A stretch of DNA of 64,000 nucleotides from Epiperipatus broadwayi (lineage: Eukaryota; Animalia; Onychophora). Of the stretch, positions 63,960 through 64,000 are shown piece by piece. Numbering within the stretch: the first letter of the stretch is position 1; the number at the start of each line of letters is the position of its first letter. Made by a program: the position numbers and the translations under genes. Location of the stretch: assembly GCA_028023455.1 (NCBI GenBank), contig JAQFVV010000003.1:7254001-7318000 (forward strand), in the 5' to 3' direction. The notes under the pieces are model-generated. The model did not search any database. It worked only from the letters and a program-made list of their open reading frames with translations, and was not told the origin of the DNA.

Positions 63960-64000
63960 ATTTCTGCGCAATTAATAATCACGTGTTAAATAATTTCATA

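Noticed and set aside
63646-63975. 109-aa ORF as a protein gene
   Set aside because: It spans the LTR U5 and PBS and has no recognisable motifs.

Overview
Very AT-rich, transposon-dense eukaryotic DNA, most consistent with an invertebrate animal. No host gene can be named with confidence; I see only scattered candidate exons and two RFX/X-box-like motifs. All alignments and identities below were estimated by eye. Main contents: (1) a full-length but decayed Mag-like Ty3/Gypsy element at 63-4863 with a 5-bp TSD (GTATC). (2) A ~480-bp tandem/inverted repeat family at 5.5-7.5 kb. Each unit carries a type I hammerhead ribozyme followed by a tRNA-like Pol III A/B-box head, i.e. a retrozyme or Sm-alpha-like SINE; one copy has an intact catalytic core. 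This is the most exciting signal. (3) A Gypsy lineage with ~2.75-kb LTRs and ATAT TSDs: a gag-only deletion derivative at 13490-22868 and a solo LTR at 59404-62142. Next to the solo LTR, a further 5' LTR (62161-63931) with a tRNA-Pro PBS runs off the window. (4) A Tx1/L1-like LINE at 37.3-40.4 kb with an almost intact RT/zf-RVT ORF but a decayed endonuclease, plus a related 3' fragment at 55.6-56.6 kb. (5) An older foldback family with a decayed hammerhead-like core (about 5 copies). (6) tRNA-Gly-like mini-SINEs, several MITEs and palindromes, a Merlin-like DNA transposon, LINE relics, mini- and microsatellites.
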